A stretch of DNA of 64,000 nt from contig CAIMDG010000002.1 in the NCBI GenBank assembly GCA_903839725.1, forward strand, positions 305,117 to 369,116. The letters are read 5' to 3'. Below are positions 62,213-64,000 of this stretch, in pieces; within the stretch, counting starts at the first letter, position 1, and every line of letters starts with the position of its first letter. The notes below the pieces were generated by a model. It was not told where the DNA came from, searched no databases, and saw nothing but the letters and a program-made list of their open reading frames with translations. A program made the translations under genes and the position numbers. The DNA comes from an uncultured bacterium. GTDB taxonomy: Bacteria; Patescibacteriota; Minisyncoccia; Phycocordibacterales; PALSA-1337.

Positions 62213-62908
62213 ATGAATACAGATTTTGGATTACAGAACTTGAATGACACATTCACTAGTGCATTTCTAGAAATGTGGCATGGTGTTGCTCGCGTGCTTC
62301 CTGCAGTTGTTATGGCACTCATCATCTTCATCGTAGGATGGATTGTTGCTGCTCTTATTGCAAAGCTCGTCGAAAGTATCATCAAGGCTTTGAAGGTAGA
62401 TGCTGCTCTCAAGAGTGCAGGTCTCGAAGATGTCGTAAAGCGCGCTGGTCACAATTTGAACTCTGGCCTTTTCGTAGGTACATTGGTTAAGTGGTTTGTG
62501 ATCGTTGTATCTTTGATGATGTCATTTAATATTCTTGGTCTTGCTCAAGTCAATGACTTCCTCCGCCAAGTAGCAGATTTCCTTCCAAAGGTTATCTTCG
62601 CTGTTCTCGTACTCATGGTTACTGTTGTTGTTGCAAGTGCATTGCAGAAGATCGTTGTTGCAAGTGCTCGCGCAGCAAATGTTAAATCAGCAGAACTCAT
62701 CGGTCGCGCTGCAAAGTGGGCCGTATGGATATTTGCAATTATCGTTGTCTTGGATTATCTCATCATGCCAGGTTTCGCACAGGGCATACTCACACCAGTT
62801 ATCTTTGGTCTCGCTCTTGCCTTTGGCCTTTCATTTGGTCTCGGTGGTAAGGAAACAGCACAAAGAATTATCGAGAAGACAGCACATCACGTTCTTGAAA
62901 AGGAATAG
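62213..62908 (+). CDS. membrane protein (mechanosensitive-channel-like TM-helix repeat family)
   Basis: Four or five TM helices with repeated amphipathic LxxxAxxVxxA segments. Terminator 62932-62968. Confidence 0.4.
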   Translation: MNTDFGLQNLNDTFTSAFLEMWHGVARVLPAVVMALIIFIVGWIVAALIAKLVESIIKALKVDAALKSAGLEDVVKRAGHNLNSGLFVGTLVKWFVIVVSLMMSFNILGLAQVNDFLRQVADFLPKVIFAVLVLMVTVVVASALQKIVVASARAANVKSAELIGRAAKWAVWIFAIIVVLDYLIMPGFAQGILTPVIFGLALAFGLSFGLGGKETAQRIIEKTAHHVLEKE

Positions 62909-62983
62909 TAGTCTCGTCTTTCGTATGTAAACAAAAAACAACTCTATAATACGAGTTGTTTTTTGTTGGTACGCTAATGTTAA

Positions 62984-63121
62984 AATTCCAAATAACAAGC
63001 ACCAAATGACAAATAAATTACAAACTACAAATTTCAACTTCTAAACCTTGTTAAATGGGTTTGGAAATTATGATTTTTGTATTGGTTATTATTTGTCATT
63101 TGGTGCTTGTTATTTGGAATT
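62984..63121. repeat. perfect 33-bp inverted repeat with 72-nt spacer
   Basis: AATTCCAAATAACAAGCACCAAATGACAAATAA (62984-63016) and its exact reverse complement (63089-63121). Confidence 0.8.
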
Positions 63122-63166
63122 TCTTGTCCACAGACTATCCACATGTAAGATAATAATAGAAAGGTA

Positions 63167-63194
63167 TTGACTTCTTTTCACATATCCGTATACT
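63167..63194 (+). promoter_or_regulatory. sigma70-type promoter TTGACT-16-TATACT upstream of the 23S rRNA leader
   Basis: Consensus hexamers. A short hairpin plus T-run (GCCGCTcaatgaaGCGGTTTTTT, 63271-63296) lies about 75 nt downstream. Confidence 0.45.
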
Positions 63195-63579
63195 TATCCT
63201 CACTACCGAATGAATACAAGAAATACCCAATCACAGCGGCCATAGCCACACCCCGTCATTGGAGTGTTAAGCATGCCGCTCAATGAAGCGGTTTTTTCTT
63301 TTCAGAACGACAGAAACTTTGAAAACCACATATACTCAATCAAGTAAGGTTTGTGTGTGATGAGTAATTGCACACAAACAAAACGTACACGTCTCTCCGC
63401 CAACCGGCGGAAAGGGATGTGTACGTCATCCGCATTCGTTCGGGTCGAATGAATGCGGGCAGTTCATACGCTGTGAAGTGTATGAGCGAAGTAATGTAGG
63501 TATTTCTCGAAAGAGAAAATAGCATTCTGATGCAAATCAGAGTGCAAGAAAACAAAATGCGGTTTTTAAATTTCCTAAT

Positions 63580-64000
63580 AGGAAATTAAGGGCGTATGGT
63601 GGATGCCTTGGCTTCATGGAGGCGATGAAAGACGCGGCGTGGCGGCGATACGCTTCGGGGAGGTGCCGAGCAACCTTTGATCCGAAGATGTCTGAATGGG
63701 GAAACCCCACCGAGTAAAACTTGGTGATCTAACACTTGATGTTAGAAGCGTACCCTGGGAAGTAAAACATTTCAGTACCAGGTGGAAAATAAACAAATAT
63801 GCATTCCGTGAGTAGCGGCGAGCGAAAGCGGAGATAGTCTAAACTTATTGTAGCAATACAATGAGGGTTGCAAGGTAGAGACGTACCATTTATGGTAGAG
63901 AAGTTACAAATCTTTTTATTAATCGAATGAGTTGGAAAGCTCAGCCCCAGAAGGTGATAGCCCTGTAAGTGAAAATAAAAAGACTTCTTTGTTTCTATTC
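63580..64000 (+). rRNA. rrl: 23S ribosomal RNA, 5' portion (continues beyond window)
   Basis: GGTGGATGCCTTGGC, GGCGATGAAAGACGCGG, GAATGGGGAAACCCC, AGTAGCGGCGAGCGAAAGCGGAG align with the universally conserved 23S 5' domain I. Confidence 0.92.

Noticed and set aside
63225-63296. 5S rRNA gene (sequence opens with CAGCGGCCATAGC like 5S helix I).
   Set aside because: It is only about 65 nt before the hairpin plus T-run. It lacks the loop C/helix IV-V signatures and the 3' strand of helix I. Kept only as a possible remnant or leader.
1-64000. CRISPR arrays, transposases, integrases, restriction-modification or toxin-antitoxin cassettes.
   Set aside because: No regularly spaced direct repeats. None of the ORFs shows DDE/HUH, tyrosine or serine recombinase, methyltransferase-nuclease or TA signatures.
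1-64000. Alternative genetic code (UGA recoding as in some CPR lineages).
   Set aside because: Conserved genes are uninterrupted under the standard code. Trp positions use TGG (for example WTTTPWT in ileS). TGA terminates ORFs at 618-989, 4116-4814 and 40049-40411.

Overview
This is an AT-rich bacterial chromosomal segment read under the standard genetic code: TGA, TAG and TAA all terminate conserved genes, and Trp is TGG. It is almost entirely coding, with many short genes, and rich in translation and replication genes.

Identified housekeeping genes include trxA, secE-nusG-rplK, rplJ-rplL, rpsF-ssb-rpsR, efp, recA, ftsK, recO, argS, ileS, glyQS, metG, folD, glyA, thyA, dut, rlmH and tatD. 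The 5' end of a 23S rRNA gene sits at the right edge with no 16S gene upstream. The gene content and architecture resemble a reduced-genome, possibly CPR/Patescibacteria-like, bacterium. That is inference only.

Unusual features:
- ileS encodes a 1195-aa IleRS with a complete histidine-phosphatase (RHG...THG) domain inserted between the zinc-knuckle region and the DLHRP/KMSKS half.
- ileS also carries four in-frame copies of a short A-rich repeat (AAATCTCAAAnnTCAAATCTCAAAAAT, read as K-S-Q-I-S-N-L-K). The same repeat recurs in intergenic DNA next to ribosomal-protein genes.
- A roughly 100-bp iteron-built palindromic element occurs three times, upstream of rplK, upstream of rplJ, and upstream of an abundant surface-protein gene.
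- Four unrelated perfect 27-33-bp inverted repeats, each with a 60-75-nt spacer, sit at gene ends.
- Two GC-rich ORF-free islands each carry their own promoter and terminator and are candidate structured ncRNAs of unassigned identity.
- A recurring extended -10 promoter (ATTCtaAcCTGATATAcT) lies a few nt before start codons, implying leaderless mRNAs.
- Three G8/C9 homopolymer tracts are present, one of which frameshifts a gene.
- A CrtI-like desaturase, a UbiA prenyltransferase and a lycopene-cyclase-domain protein form an isoprenoid set that is unexpected in this gene background.

No tRNA genes, CRISPR arrays or transposase genes were recognised.
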